Source: Paraphysomonas bandaiensis (Eukaryota > Protista > Chrysophyceae). Taken from it: a DNA stretch of 64,000 nucleotides. Positions 36,368 through 48,269 of the stretch are shown here, in pieces; position 1 is the first letter of the stretch, and each line of letters starts with the position of its first letter. Both the position numbers and the translations under genes were made by a program. Under the pieces are notes generated by a model that saw only the letters and a program-made list of their open reading frames with translations, had not been told where the DNA came from and did no database searches. Location of the stretch: positions 378,275 through 442,274 of the forward strand of contig CBFFRP010000406.1 in assembly GCA_965644295.1 (NCBI GenBank), given 5' to 3'.

Positions 36368-36663
36368 TATTGGCTATTGAACATATTTAATTGCCTTGAT
36401 CGTGAACGGAAAGATAAGTTGTTAGACTAGATAGATTATTATTATTGCATAGGCAAATTTGCATTGTCGTTTAAAACACATCAACAGCATAATTCTATAC
36501 TTCTTTCGTAACAACCTCTGATCACTTCCGTATCTTGAATCGTCATGATACTTCAGTTTCACAGTTATAGCTGCATAGTAATTTTGACTACATATTTCAG
36601 CTTTTCGTATTGTATTTAATGTATACTACAGTTATATCTTAGGGAAACATACGTACACCAACA
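36368..36663 (-). mobile_element. Solo LTR (296 bp) of a family related to the intact copia
   Basis: Shares blocks with the copia LTR (actagatagatta, acttccgtatcttgaatcgtcatgata, cttcagtttcacagttatagct, catacgta..ccaaca). Perfect 5-bp TSD TAATG at 36363-36367 and 36664-36668. Confidence 0.9.
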
Positions 36664-36953
36664 TAATGCCTCCTAGACAGTTCATACCTTATGACGCTGA
36701 CATGTAGAGCACGTACTACGATATCAAGGCTGGTACACATTCCACATTCCACACTGTGTTACAGGCTTCACTAAATAACTTATTCGTATTATACATTATA
36801 CATTACATACTCTCATGTATAACATAGAGGAAATATTCTGAACTGAAATACTGATTAAAAACTCTAAAATATATCACAACTAAAAAAATGTGGTCGCCAT
36901 TAGCAAGGGTACATAAATAACATATTCAAACCTAAAGCAACGAAAGATTCTCA

Positions 36954-37601
36954 TCATGGCCAGAAACATTTCTCTGATGGTGCATAAATCGTAACCATCT
37001 CCAGTTCTTCTGGTAGATGATATTGTTGTTGTTTCTCACCATCCAAGTTGAGTGTAGACAAATCGCTACAGCAAAGGGAAGTCTGGGAAGGCGCCCTACA
37101 ATTGGGCATCAGAATTATGAGAAAAAGAAAATTCAAGCTCCAAGCACCAGTGGTACATACATGAGCTCCCATTTTCTCCTTCTGGCAGTTTAAACAAAAA
37201 GCCATCAGTGGTGAATAAAGAGCAGCTTTCGTTATCATGATGCATGATAGCGTTATAAAGCACATCAATATCATCACTATGCCCTTTACTAACTATTTCC
37301 TCAATTAAGTCAGCATTAATACTTTCGATTCGGCGACGTGGCAATCCATTATCAGTTATATGTTCTGTTTTTCGTTTGGAGGAAGATGACCTCCACACTT
37401 GTGAACAACTGTATGGTGTGTATAATTACCACATGTCAATTCTATTTCAATGTTAACGCAATCGCACCTGTTTCCCTTTCCGTATATTTCTTCAGAATAC
37501 TTGGGATTCATTACATTTCCACAGGTTGGTGTCCCCAGTCTCCGTGTTAACTCAGCCGGAGCACAATCATCATGAAAATCATTACTTTCATACGAGTTCA
37601 T
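36954..37601 (-). CDS. Possible small spliced gene or pseudogene, function unknown
   Basis: Overlapping protein-like ORFs in different frames. No confident splice model. Confidence 0.3.
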
Positions 37602-38267
37602 TTACTTCTGTAGCAAAAACTGGGGATTCTCAACATCTCCAACTAAGGCACACTGAAGAAAGAGGGCTTATCCGTCACTGATAACGTGGCGATTAGTATG
37701 GTATGGTACGGTACAATGATACATAGTCAGTGAATATGCAAAAGATTCGTACATTGAATCAATGGGCTACTATTCCTATTCAATTACTAGTAGGATACTC
37801 AAGTTACTATTGAGGAGGATACACTTCTACTTCGACTTCATCCTGACGTATGCAATATCTAGATATCCATGAATATCCGGACATGCGATCAATAGAGTGA
37901 AAGTTAAGTTGAAAGTGAATGATACCTTCAACGTGTGCACACTCCATCCACGAAGACTGACAAGACTGAAAAAAAAACAGACAATTCTCCACAAAAATAC
38001 AGACTACGAAGGAATTCCTAGCTATGTATTCTGTAGGGATAGGATTGGAATGAGATATCTAGCTCTCAAAACGGTGTTTTTTATCCCAGGCTGCAATAAA
38101 ACCCAATATTTTCATACTTGATATCTGGATATTGCAAGAGGTGACCGTTTAAAAAAAACAGAGTTTGTTGACTGCATTGATCATCCACACCTTCTTGGGA
38201 ATCTTGATGGAGGGTATGTAGAATGTAGCTGCTCCACGAAAAGAGACAAAAAGTCACCAATAGTGCA

Positions 38268-40679
38268 ATGTGTGATGAGGTGCTTCTTGCTGCTGGCTGG
38301 TCTCCTAGTTCCCTTGCGAAAGCGATGTCGCCAGTCCATTCTGATAACTTGCACACTGGAGTTCAACTGCATTCTTCGAATAGTCTGGAATTAAGTGAAG
38401 CAGTAAACCATGATAAACTACTTAAGAATGCAGGGTGGTCGATGACAGATTTACTTTCAGCTCTGTCTCCTCAGCACTCAGGTACTAAGCGCCCCACAAT
38501 GTATCGCACACCGAAGAGTAGCAGTGAAAAAGTGAATCGCCCCAAGAAGTGCATAGATACAAAAAGTACGCCGAAAACAGATGAAAATACTGTTGTAGAC
38601 TTAACAACGCCTCCAATTCTCCGCCATAGTGCTCCAGTTAATCATGAAAATGACATGGATCGCCTTTCAAGCACACTCTCACAACAGTCAATCAGTGGAA
38701 AAAATATATTACCGAAAGAAAATAAATTAATTTGCACAGAAACTACATCTGATGTTGTTGAATCGTATGAAAGATATTTGGATGAACCTCTTCCCAACGG
38801 CTGGCGTTTGTATGACTTTCAGAAAGAAGCGGTGAAAAGATGTCTGCGTCCAGAGCGAAGTATATTAGCATTAGATATGGGGTTAGGTACAAACATAAAT
38901 TAATGAGATTCGTGTACTAACTTTCAATATAGGAAAGACAGTTATATCACTTGTTTGGGCTAAGATATTATGTACGAAATATCGACATGATAATTTCAAA
39001 GTTGTCGTTATTGCGCCCTGTACTCTGATCCCGCTGTGGACTCGAGAGGCTACCGCAATGGGATTCGTTTGCCAGAACAATGACAACTTTTCAAGAGGAA
39101 ACGTATGTTCTGAGACAAGACCTAGTATGATATTATATTCATGGGCTAAAATTCCTTCTGTGCATACTGTTTTACAACTGAATAGCCACTCTGTCAACAG
39201 CTGTTCGAAATATTTGCTCATATGTGACGAGGCCCATGCCATGCAATCGCTTCAAAGTCAGAGAACACGGGCGTCGTTGGATCTATGTTTGCATAAACTG
39301 TGTGCTGGTCTTATTTTAGCAACTGGAACACCCATGAAGAACGGTAGACCAGTAAATATTATTCCACTCCTCATTGGCATTCGGCATCCGATAGTAAAAA
39401 ATAAGTTGGAATTCGAGAAGCGGTACTGCAATGCACGTAAGACCAGATATTGTAACTGGGACACGTCAGGAGCTACACATTTAGAGGAGTTACAACAAAA
39501 GATTGGTCAATCCTTGATTAGAATGACAAAGGTATGTGCACAGTATCTATGTTTCATCCCCAATTCGATGTGCATTAGGAGGAGTGCTTAAAGGATCTTC
39601 CTCCCCTTTTACGCGCACGTGTGTGCATTGAATTGCCCCAATCTGTTTTGGATGAGTACAATCGTATTATCTCGCAGTATAAAGCTGACAAAGCACGAGG
39701 AAGCAAACGATCATCCAGTGGACTGGAAATGATGGCAGAACTAAGACAGCTCACTTCTTCTGCGAAGGTATATCTATGTTTCTGCTGCCCTTGAAATAAT
39801 TTTGATCAAGGTTTCGCACGTTGTCGGCTTTGTGAAAGAATTGCTAAACAAAAATTTTTCTCCCATCGTAATCTTTGTTTGGTTTCGAGAAACAGCACTA
39901 AAATTAGTAAGAAAACTATCAGAAGAAAGCGTAAACAGTAGTAGATGTGACGCTAATTTACGTTGTGCCTATATCAGTGGTGATATCACAAACCAACAGG
40001 TAAGTGACAAATATCATGTTATTTATTAATCACTAATCACTGTATAATAAAATAGGCAAGACAAGGCATTGTTGACTCTTTTCAGAATGGGAATTTAGAT
40101 GTTGTTGTGTGTACATTTGGTGTTGGTAGTACCGGTCTCACTCTGACTCGAAGTAACACAGTAGTTCTTCTTGATAGGCCATGGACCCCCGGGGATGCGA
40201 GACAGGTATAAATTTATGCGATACTATTAAAATAACGTTCTCCAATAAGGCTGAGGATCGCGTTAGAAGAATTGGACAAACTGCTTCAGAAGTAAAGAGC
40301 TATTGGATAGCTGGATTCGATATAGATGATTCACTAGATAAACTATTGCAAAAGAAAAATTCAAACTCTGACAAAGTTATTTCCGGTGAATCTCTGCATT
40401 TTTGTTAGAATATATATCACTCATTTACTATTAGGTGATACAACATCCGCAAATTGGTTTCAAGATATACCTCCTATGGATAGGCAGTGTCTCCCTGACA
40501 GAAGAATGAACCGAGCCCATTTTTATTCCTTAAATAAATTTGGGAACAAAAAAGAAGACAGCATATCTCAGTGTAGAGGTAACCTGTTATTATTATACAC
40601 GTTGTTGCGTTAATGTAACTACACAAAGGTACTCAGCATGTATGGTGTGGAAGATATGACAACGACGAGAATACTTTAA
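38268..40679 (+). CDS. SNF2-family ATPase, SMARCAL1/ZRANB3-like; multi-exon
   Basis: LYDFQKEAV, ALDMGLG|KT, ICDEAH, ATGTPMKNGRP, RYC...WDTSGATHLEEL, GLTLTRSNTVVLLDRPWTPG, QAEDRVRRIGQ. Confidence 0.92.
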
Positions 40680-41472
40680 GTGTAGAATCCAGTATTATGA
40701 AAACTGTTCTTAGAGAGATTGTTGGCTAACTTGTTTCAACATTAAAATAATATACATGTATAAAGTGTTACGTAATCATATGAGTACATACATTTACCAA
40801 AACTAGGAATATTATTATGAGTAGAATGTAAAAGTTACTTACTCTGGTCATGCCTATTGAAATATAAACAGAAGAACAACCGATGTAATTATATACGAAG
40901 ATATTTAGATGCATAATAATGAATAGAAAATGACTGTAGAAATGGAAACTGAAGTACTTTGAAATATGTTGTATACGTTGACAAAACATCCTTACCTTTG
41001 TTAAGCACATAAAAATCTGTTCAATTTACAATAACAAGTGCAAATCCGACTTTTACAATATTTAATATTAGAGCTACATATGTACCGTGGTCCAGTTATT
41101 GTTCACATTGAAATATTGAATCATGCGTGCACTCATCAGTAACTGAATTTACTGCCTTTATAACTCTATACAGCCGTTACAACTACTTGTTGATTTCACC
41201 GAATACACACTGTTAACTCACTTCAATTGAACAATACATATCTAGCACACAGCAGAATTCAAGACACAGTATTCCTTTAGGTTGGCTTTGGCAGCGTTAT
41301 TGTTTTGTATGATTGTACACAATGGTAAGGTTCTATTTACGTAGAACTCTTCAGCAAATTATTTCTGAAATGTTTTCTGCATTTGCTCCTAGCCTATGAA
41401 ATATGAAAATATTTCAAAATATTTTACTGTAGTGATAGAAATGAGTTATTATACATAATTGTACAGCTACCA

Positions 41473-44400
41473 TTAGGTATGTAATTTGAGGGGTGCTTCA
41501 CACAAAGTTGGCCTGTACTTAGGTAAATTTCTAATAACCGTTAATGATCGTGAATTTAGAGAAGTGGCTTCATACATATCCGAAGATGTTTCATCAAACG
41601 ATAACTGCTTGATCATTCGCTGCTCACGTTGTACTGAACTGTTCACATATGCTTCGTCTTTTAACTGCATAGTCAGTGAAGTTTTCTTTTGATATTTTCC
41701 CTCTTTCGGCTCTTCTATTATTGGCTCACCTGATTCAATGCCTATACCACGCTTGAAGAGTTTAATTTCAGTGACATAGGATTCCGGATCACTCTGCGCT
41801 CTGTGTGATACACCTTGGTATATTCTATTCGACATCAAAAGTATTCTCGTTACAAGTTCTTGTTGGCGCCGCATTAATGGACAATTAGCAGCAACCTGTC
41901 GTTCCATTTGACTTCGCTGGCAGTCAAAATAGGTTTGCATTCTTAGTAATGTTTCTGTTGGCGTTAAACCGTACAACCTTCCTAACAAGCAACCACATAT
42001 CATTCCAGCCCGACCATTTCCATCGCTACTATATATATATAAGCACTCGCCGTTCCATAGCATCTGCTCGAGTTTCCACAACACAGCAATTACATGATCA
42101 AAAGGTGGTAATGAGTTATGAAGGAAAGGAAATGCTTGCCATGAAGCAGTCGTTGGGAGTTTGGACGCAGCTTTCTTAGTTGTTTCGATTTCTTCCTGCA
42201 ATATTGATTTTTTAGCCTTTAGACGCAGTTTTTCTTTTCGTTGGCGTTCGATACGCTTCAATTTCTCAGAATTCGAGGACGTATTACTCGTCTCTATGTT
42301 GGCATAATCTTCTAGTTGAATATTTTTATCTTCCACCATCAAAGTTAAGCTTCCAATGTGATGGTGAAGAGCCATTCGCGTTTCCTTGTGGCAATACTCG
42401 ACCCTTTCTTTAATCGGCATATGAAGAGAGTCATCATGCATCATCGTTCTCTTTTCCTGCTTGATCAATTCTTCCTCTTCTTCTGCAGTCATAAGAGAAA
42501 CGAATGAGTTCAGGCCTACAAGTAACAGCTGTGAAACTGCATCTACTCGAGTATGAATGACAGAATCAACAGGCCCTTTCGCCCTAGCTTTTCCGATCGG
42601 AAGTCTGCCCATCGCTAATCGCCCTGGAATAACCCAGTTACTATGATCTGTAGGACCTTCAACTCGAGCACGGAAAGTGTTGTATTTCTGATGCTCAAGC
42701 GATGAGTGTTTAGCAGATTTACCGACAGGAGTGTTTTTATTTTTTATCACCAAATCGGGCAATTGCATTAGGTCGGGCAGTCGCCTGTCTCCTGTAAAGC
42801 CTACAGAGGGGTGCCACGGCGGCGGTGCAGCACCACTATCGCTCTCCTCTCGGTGAAGTCCCATTGGCATTGAATTTATATGAAACCTAGAATCATCCGA
42901 TGGGTCTGCATCCGCACCATTGCCTAAACAATCACGAGGAGGGTGCATCAGACAGGTCCCTAATTTATTATGAAGATCTTGGTGCATAGCTCGCGTTTTC
43001 TCAATCAAACCCACTCTTCCGACTTTCTCTGGTTTACTTCCTTTCTCCACATCATATGACGCCCAGTGAGTAACTTGTAAATCAGCCTCTTTGAAACGCA
43101 TAACGACGTCATTCCAACGTTTGAAACTATCTTTCAAAAAAGTCATTCGATTTTTCTGAGCCACACGCACAAATCTTGACACCGCGATTCTAAGTGCTTT
43201 CCCATATGCATTAATATCTCTGATATTAGAAAAGTAAATCTTGTTGTCCATTGTAACAGCACCAGGTGTGTCACGAGAACAGTAGTTGAACTTCTTGTGC
43301 ACTTCCAGCCAGCGTTTGTGAGCAGCCTCTTGAGATAAATTTATCAACTCTTGAAGACGAAACTGGAAAAAATATTAATAAGAAATACTAATTCACATTA
43401 TATGCTACTTACACGGCACAACCATCTGCGAACCATTGCTTGAATACGAACTGCATTCTCAGTTTGTATACGCACTTTCTCGTTCAAATTCCAACGCCAC
43501 CACTTATGTAGAGCCCATAACTGCCAGTTATTAAACATTGCTGCAAACCTCTTGGTGAGCGCATTCCGAATATTTTCCTTCTTTTTCAGCAACATTAATT
43601 TCAGTCTGTCACTGGGTTTAATTAAACTATCTTCCGGCATTATAAGTATATGACTTCGCCGTTCCAGTAAAGGAAGCTCAGAAGAACTGTCATAGTACAT
43701 ATGAGACAGTGCTGCTCTCACTTCCTCAATATAGCTGTAAGCCGCAACCACACCATCAAGGGTTCGACGAGATGCAACCGCATTTGGTAAAGATTTAGCA
43801 CGAAGCTCTTCTATTGTTGGTTTTCGAGTAGATTGAAGCTGCGATATTTGTCTGCCGATAGTTCTAGCGGTTGGCCCAGTGTGGTCATTAGAGGTATTAG
43901 CCTTACTCTTAGCTACTTTAGAGGCACCGTCATTGATTGTTGAAACACTGTTTGCATCACTTTCTTCATCGATAGCACCAGCAGAGGACTCGTCTTCACC
44001 CACCCTAGGTGACCCGTCTCCACCAAAGCCCATTGGAATTGAAGGGTTAAGATGACGCTTTGGCCCATGGTCTCTTATATACTTCGCTTTTCTCAAACGC
44101 CTGTCAATTCGATTTGCCATTACCCGTTCAGACCCCAAAGACGTATATTCTACACCTTCCAGAATGGGTAAGTGCTTTCTCGATACAATATCAGCTAACT
44201 TCTGTTTATCCTCTTTATCCTCTTCAAGAGCCTCGTCATCAAATCGATCGTCACGTTCCAATCGACGCAATATGTCTGGCGTCACGACACCAAGATATCT
44301 GATGACGTACCAAGTTATAGCACCACCATTTCCCCGAATTAAAGTCGGGGCAGAATCTCCATTTCGAAAATCCCAATCCGACTCAACACTCCCGTATACG

Positions 44401-45053
44401 TCTTTTCCAGTGTGGGGATCTTTATACACTAGTACATCGCCCCTTTTGTACAGCATATGTTTCCGAGGTTTATTTAACTCCAACGATAAAACGGTATTCG
44501 TTGCTAGTGAACAAGGCTTTGACACATCTCTCACCTGAGCCATATCTCTCTCATAGAAGTCATGATCAGGCATCACAAAGGAATTGTCAGGAACAATGCG
44601 GCTCGTATCACCTGCACGTATCGGGCGGATCATTTTATCAACTTCGTGCGGATGCAGCTCTTTCCCAAAATTCAGTCGCTCGTGGCACAACACATAACAT
44701 TTCGAACAAAATACTTGGTCACATGCTTCACATTTTACTTCACTTAAACTTGTTTCACATTCTTCACAAATAAGATCAGGAACAGCTTCAATTTCTGCCT
44801 TCTTGGTCTTGTATCTGATGCCATTGCAAACAATTTCAATCTCACCATTCTCTGCCTGCTTGGCAACTTCTTTTTCTATTTGCTCTGGATCTGGTTCGGC
44901 TTGCTCATATAAGCCTATCCTAGGATCAGAGATAACTTCGCTTTCCTTCTCTTCCTGAGCATTTCCATCAGCAGACTTAATAAGAGGTCGCTGTATAGGG
45001 GGGAAAATAGGCTCATAGCTATAGCGTTTAGGAGATCTTACTCGACCAAACAT
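41473..45053 (-). CDS. About 1,176-aa protein: B-box zinc finger, IQ motif and PTP/dual-specificity-phosphatase-fold domain lacking the catalytic Cys
   Basis: CEEC...CEACDQVFCSKCYVLCH...H; AVRIQAMVRRWLCR. A 50-bp GT-AG intron at 43363-43412 joins the two ORFs in frame. SNWVIPGRLAMG...LYIYSSDGNGRAG. Confidence 0.8.
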
Positions 45054-45636
45054 GACTTACAATGAAGTAGAGAAGAGCTATAAATCAGACATACACTCGC
45101 ACAAGAGACGATTCGATAGACATGAGCGTCATACAGAGTGCGATGAGAGAACTAACTCCCTCTCATACAGACAGAAGCAATGAGACAATCAGATGTTTTT
45201 CTTTCAGTAATCACACTACAATCTAGCTATATATACGTCGATGGAATCAATCCTCTGAGCTACACACTGCTTCGCTAGAGTCGGAGGAGGTGCTGAAATT
45301 AACCGCTCTGGGGCGGTCTGTGTCATATTATGGTGGTTTTTAGCACACCGGTTGCTGGAAATAGGATTTTCCCATACTATATTGATGGTTTCTTTGGAAA
45401 ATGGCTGGTTTGAAGAAGGTCTCGTATAAATATGTGTATTTTTGCTGTGTAAAACTGACATCTTGTAAGGTACTACAGTTGAATACAACGCAGAACATGC
45501 ATACATGTGAGGGTTTCTCCTGCCACTTTAAGTACAGTCAGTGGTGTTATATATCCTGCCGTGATTTAGCCATCGCACTGCATAGTATTCTACCGTGATC
45601 AGTATACCGAGTTAGAATCTGTGATTGTATAGAGCT

Positions 45637-46522
45637 ATGCCGAGTGGTTCGAGCAATGATGCCGATAGTCTGGCAAGAAGCTCAATCGAGGTCTCTGAAG
45701 CACTAGATATGTTTTTAAAGGAGCGCCAAGATGCTTCAAGTGCGCAAGATAAAGCGTATAAATTATATGAAGCAGAAATGAACTACATAATCAGTGAAGC
45801 GAATGAGGAGGAGAGAAAGACAGCGTACGGTATATTTTTTGTATTTCACTGTTCTTATGGGGTGTTGTAGGCCTGATGTCGTAGTAGATCACAACATATT
45901 ACGCCATATACATGCAACCGGAGAAGAACCGCAGCGATATGAAGCTGGATCTAGCCTGAATACTGCGTCTCTGTCATCTGATTCCGGTATGGTTACCAAA
46001 GTGGACTCATCACTCACTGGAGGGGAATCGCACTTACTGTTCAAGCGGGAACCTCCTTCCGAAGCTGAAAAAATTGCTATCCGTGAAGAAATGTTTGATT
46101 TTTTTGACCAGTCACGATTGGCAGAGTCTGAATTGGTGCGATTATTATGAACTCAACTATGTTATTTGTAATCGCTGTATATAGCTGGATTCAGTAGACG
46201 AGATCTTAGGAAAAGAAGATGCGAAGCCATCACAGTCGTTGGATGCACTTTATGACATGCAAACACGAAATTTTGGCATGCTGATGAATTATTTGGACGA
46301 GTACCAGCCACGACCTTTCATGAAAGCTTGGTACTGTTTATCTATACGCCTGTTATGCCTCATAATACTTTTCCCAGGGGGAATGATCCTGAGTACGTGG
46401 CGCTCAGTCGAAAGTATGGACTTAAAGGTGGAGAGAAAACAAATGTTCGTTCCACTTTTGCGACATTTAAGCACAGCAATAGGATAAAGAGGGCATCATC
46501 CCCTGAGCAGGTCAATCGTTAG
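45637..46522 (+). CDS. Hypothetical multi-exon protein
   Basis: Consecutive short ORFs separated by intron-like segments of about 50 bp, divergent from the B-box gene. No domain recognised. Confidence 0.6.
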
Positions 46523-48269
46523 TGCGCCGAATATATGCAATTACATTTAAATTTTGGTATCGTGTTGATAAGTAACCGTGGAGATTCCACATATCATTAA
46601 ATGGTATTGAGGATGCGTGTTGAATTTGAAATTTCTTTATGCCTCGAATTTATGAATGTTGGGCCGTCAAGGATGTATACAAATTAGGTTGCCAAGTGCA
46701 GTAGAAGATAGCAATTAAATGTTAATTATATTGTGCATTATGGAAAGAACTCGGATTTTACACAGAGAATGAGGAAGATTGTTATTGGTGTAATCTAGTC
46801 TGTGTGGTAGACGACATATTAAGCATATTGAAGAATGATACTTAAGCTTCTTTCTAAAACGGAGGCACGGAGTAATTGCTGAGTACTCTTAGGAGAGACG
46901 GAGAGATGTTGTTTTGTGGTTTTGCATATCAGCAAGCACCATTTTTCATTACTTGCCATAGCTTCAATAGATTGTTATGGTTGTCTGTTGCAAACAACTA
47001 CTAACTACCAGAAATAAAATGCCAATAAGCCACAAGCACGTATTTCTACAGTGAATCTCAAATCTCGAAGGACTACTCCAGCACCATATCAGTTCTCTTG
47101 TAGGTTAACCTCACTCTTACTTTCCATATTCCGGATTAAAGGAGACTCACCTTCAATTAGTTCAAAGCCACAAAGTCCTCACCCCTCATTATTATGGTAC
47201 CTTCATTTATTATTGTAGAATAAAGCACAAGAGGGGGTGTAATTATACCTTATATATAATATATAGTGACCGGTCAACCAGAACTTTGCAGGCAAAATAA
47301 TAACCGCAACCAAATTGCGTGGAACTGTGTATGCTTGTGTCCTCCGTTATTGCTTGCAAACGTGCTAGAAGTAGCGCAGATAACCGTTTAATACTAACTT
47401 ATATATAGTTTAATATTTTCTCATCAATACATTATAACTATATCCTCTTCACTATGAGTATATCGACTATTACAAAACACACCATAAATCGAACTAAAGT
47501 CAATTTTTTCAAGTATTCACCGGGTTTGGTGATCACATCACATCACATCGACTGGAGATGACCCGGTCAACCAGCACCTGTATCAGTGTATATCCGCAGG
47601 AAGTCTCATCAGTGTATTGGGGGAATACTATATTACTACGATCAACTGTGTTCTCCAGGTACAGAGAGTACGCAGTGTAGACAGGCAGCATAGGTAGATA
47701 TATGCTTGAGTTGCATCCATCTTATGCCAATGCTACGAAGTCGTAGCTACATCTCCACATGGACGGTTCGTGTACAGTACTCTGTATGTATGTGTGTGCA
47801 GGATGCGAGAAAGATCCACTGGGAATCCTACACTACAGTATGCAATCCTGCGTATGGTATACCGGTATACCATGGTATACGGTGGTACACTGAGGGCTGG
47901 TCACAGACGATATTTTTGCGCAGATATGTCGCATGAAGTGAGTTCTGGTCGTACAGGGGTATACGGTATACGGTACGTACAGCAGAGTACTGCTGTATAT
48001 GTATGTAACTTCCTTCTGTCAATGCCTATGAGAACAAGCCTGTGTATTCACCGCCATGAGCTGTGCAGCTATGCATGTATAGATACTGGCCCATGCACTG
48101 TACTGCCTGTTCTTACAGAGGCATCACTGGAGTACCTTCGTGTCTATGAATAATTCCTTTTACACACTACAGCGCCAGATGTACCCATGTCTAGAGCTCA
48201 TAAACTAATTGAATTAAGGTCAGAGGTCACCATGGAGGATACGGCTCATTAAACTAATAGCTTTTGAAG

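Noticed and set aside
47700-48150. ORFs in the GGTATAC-rich stretch
   Set aside because: Low-complexity palindromic sequence with no protein-like features, and no clear TIR or TSD found.
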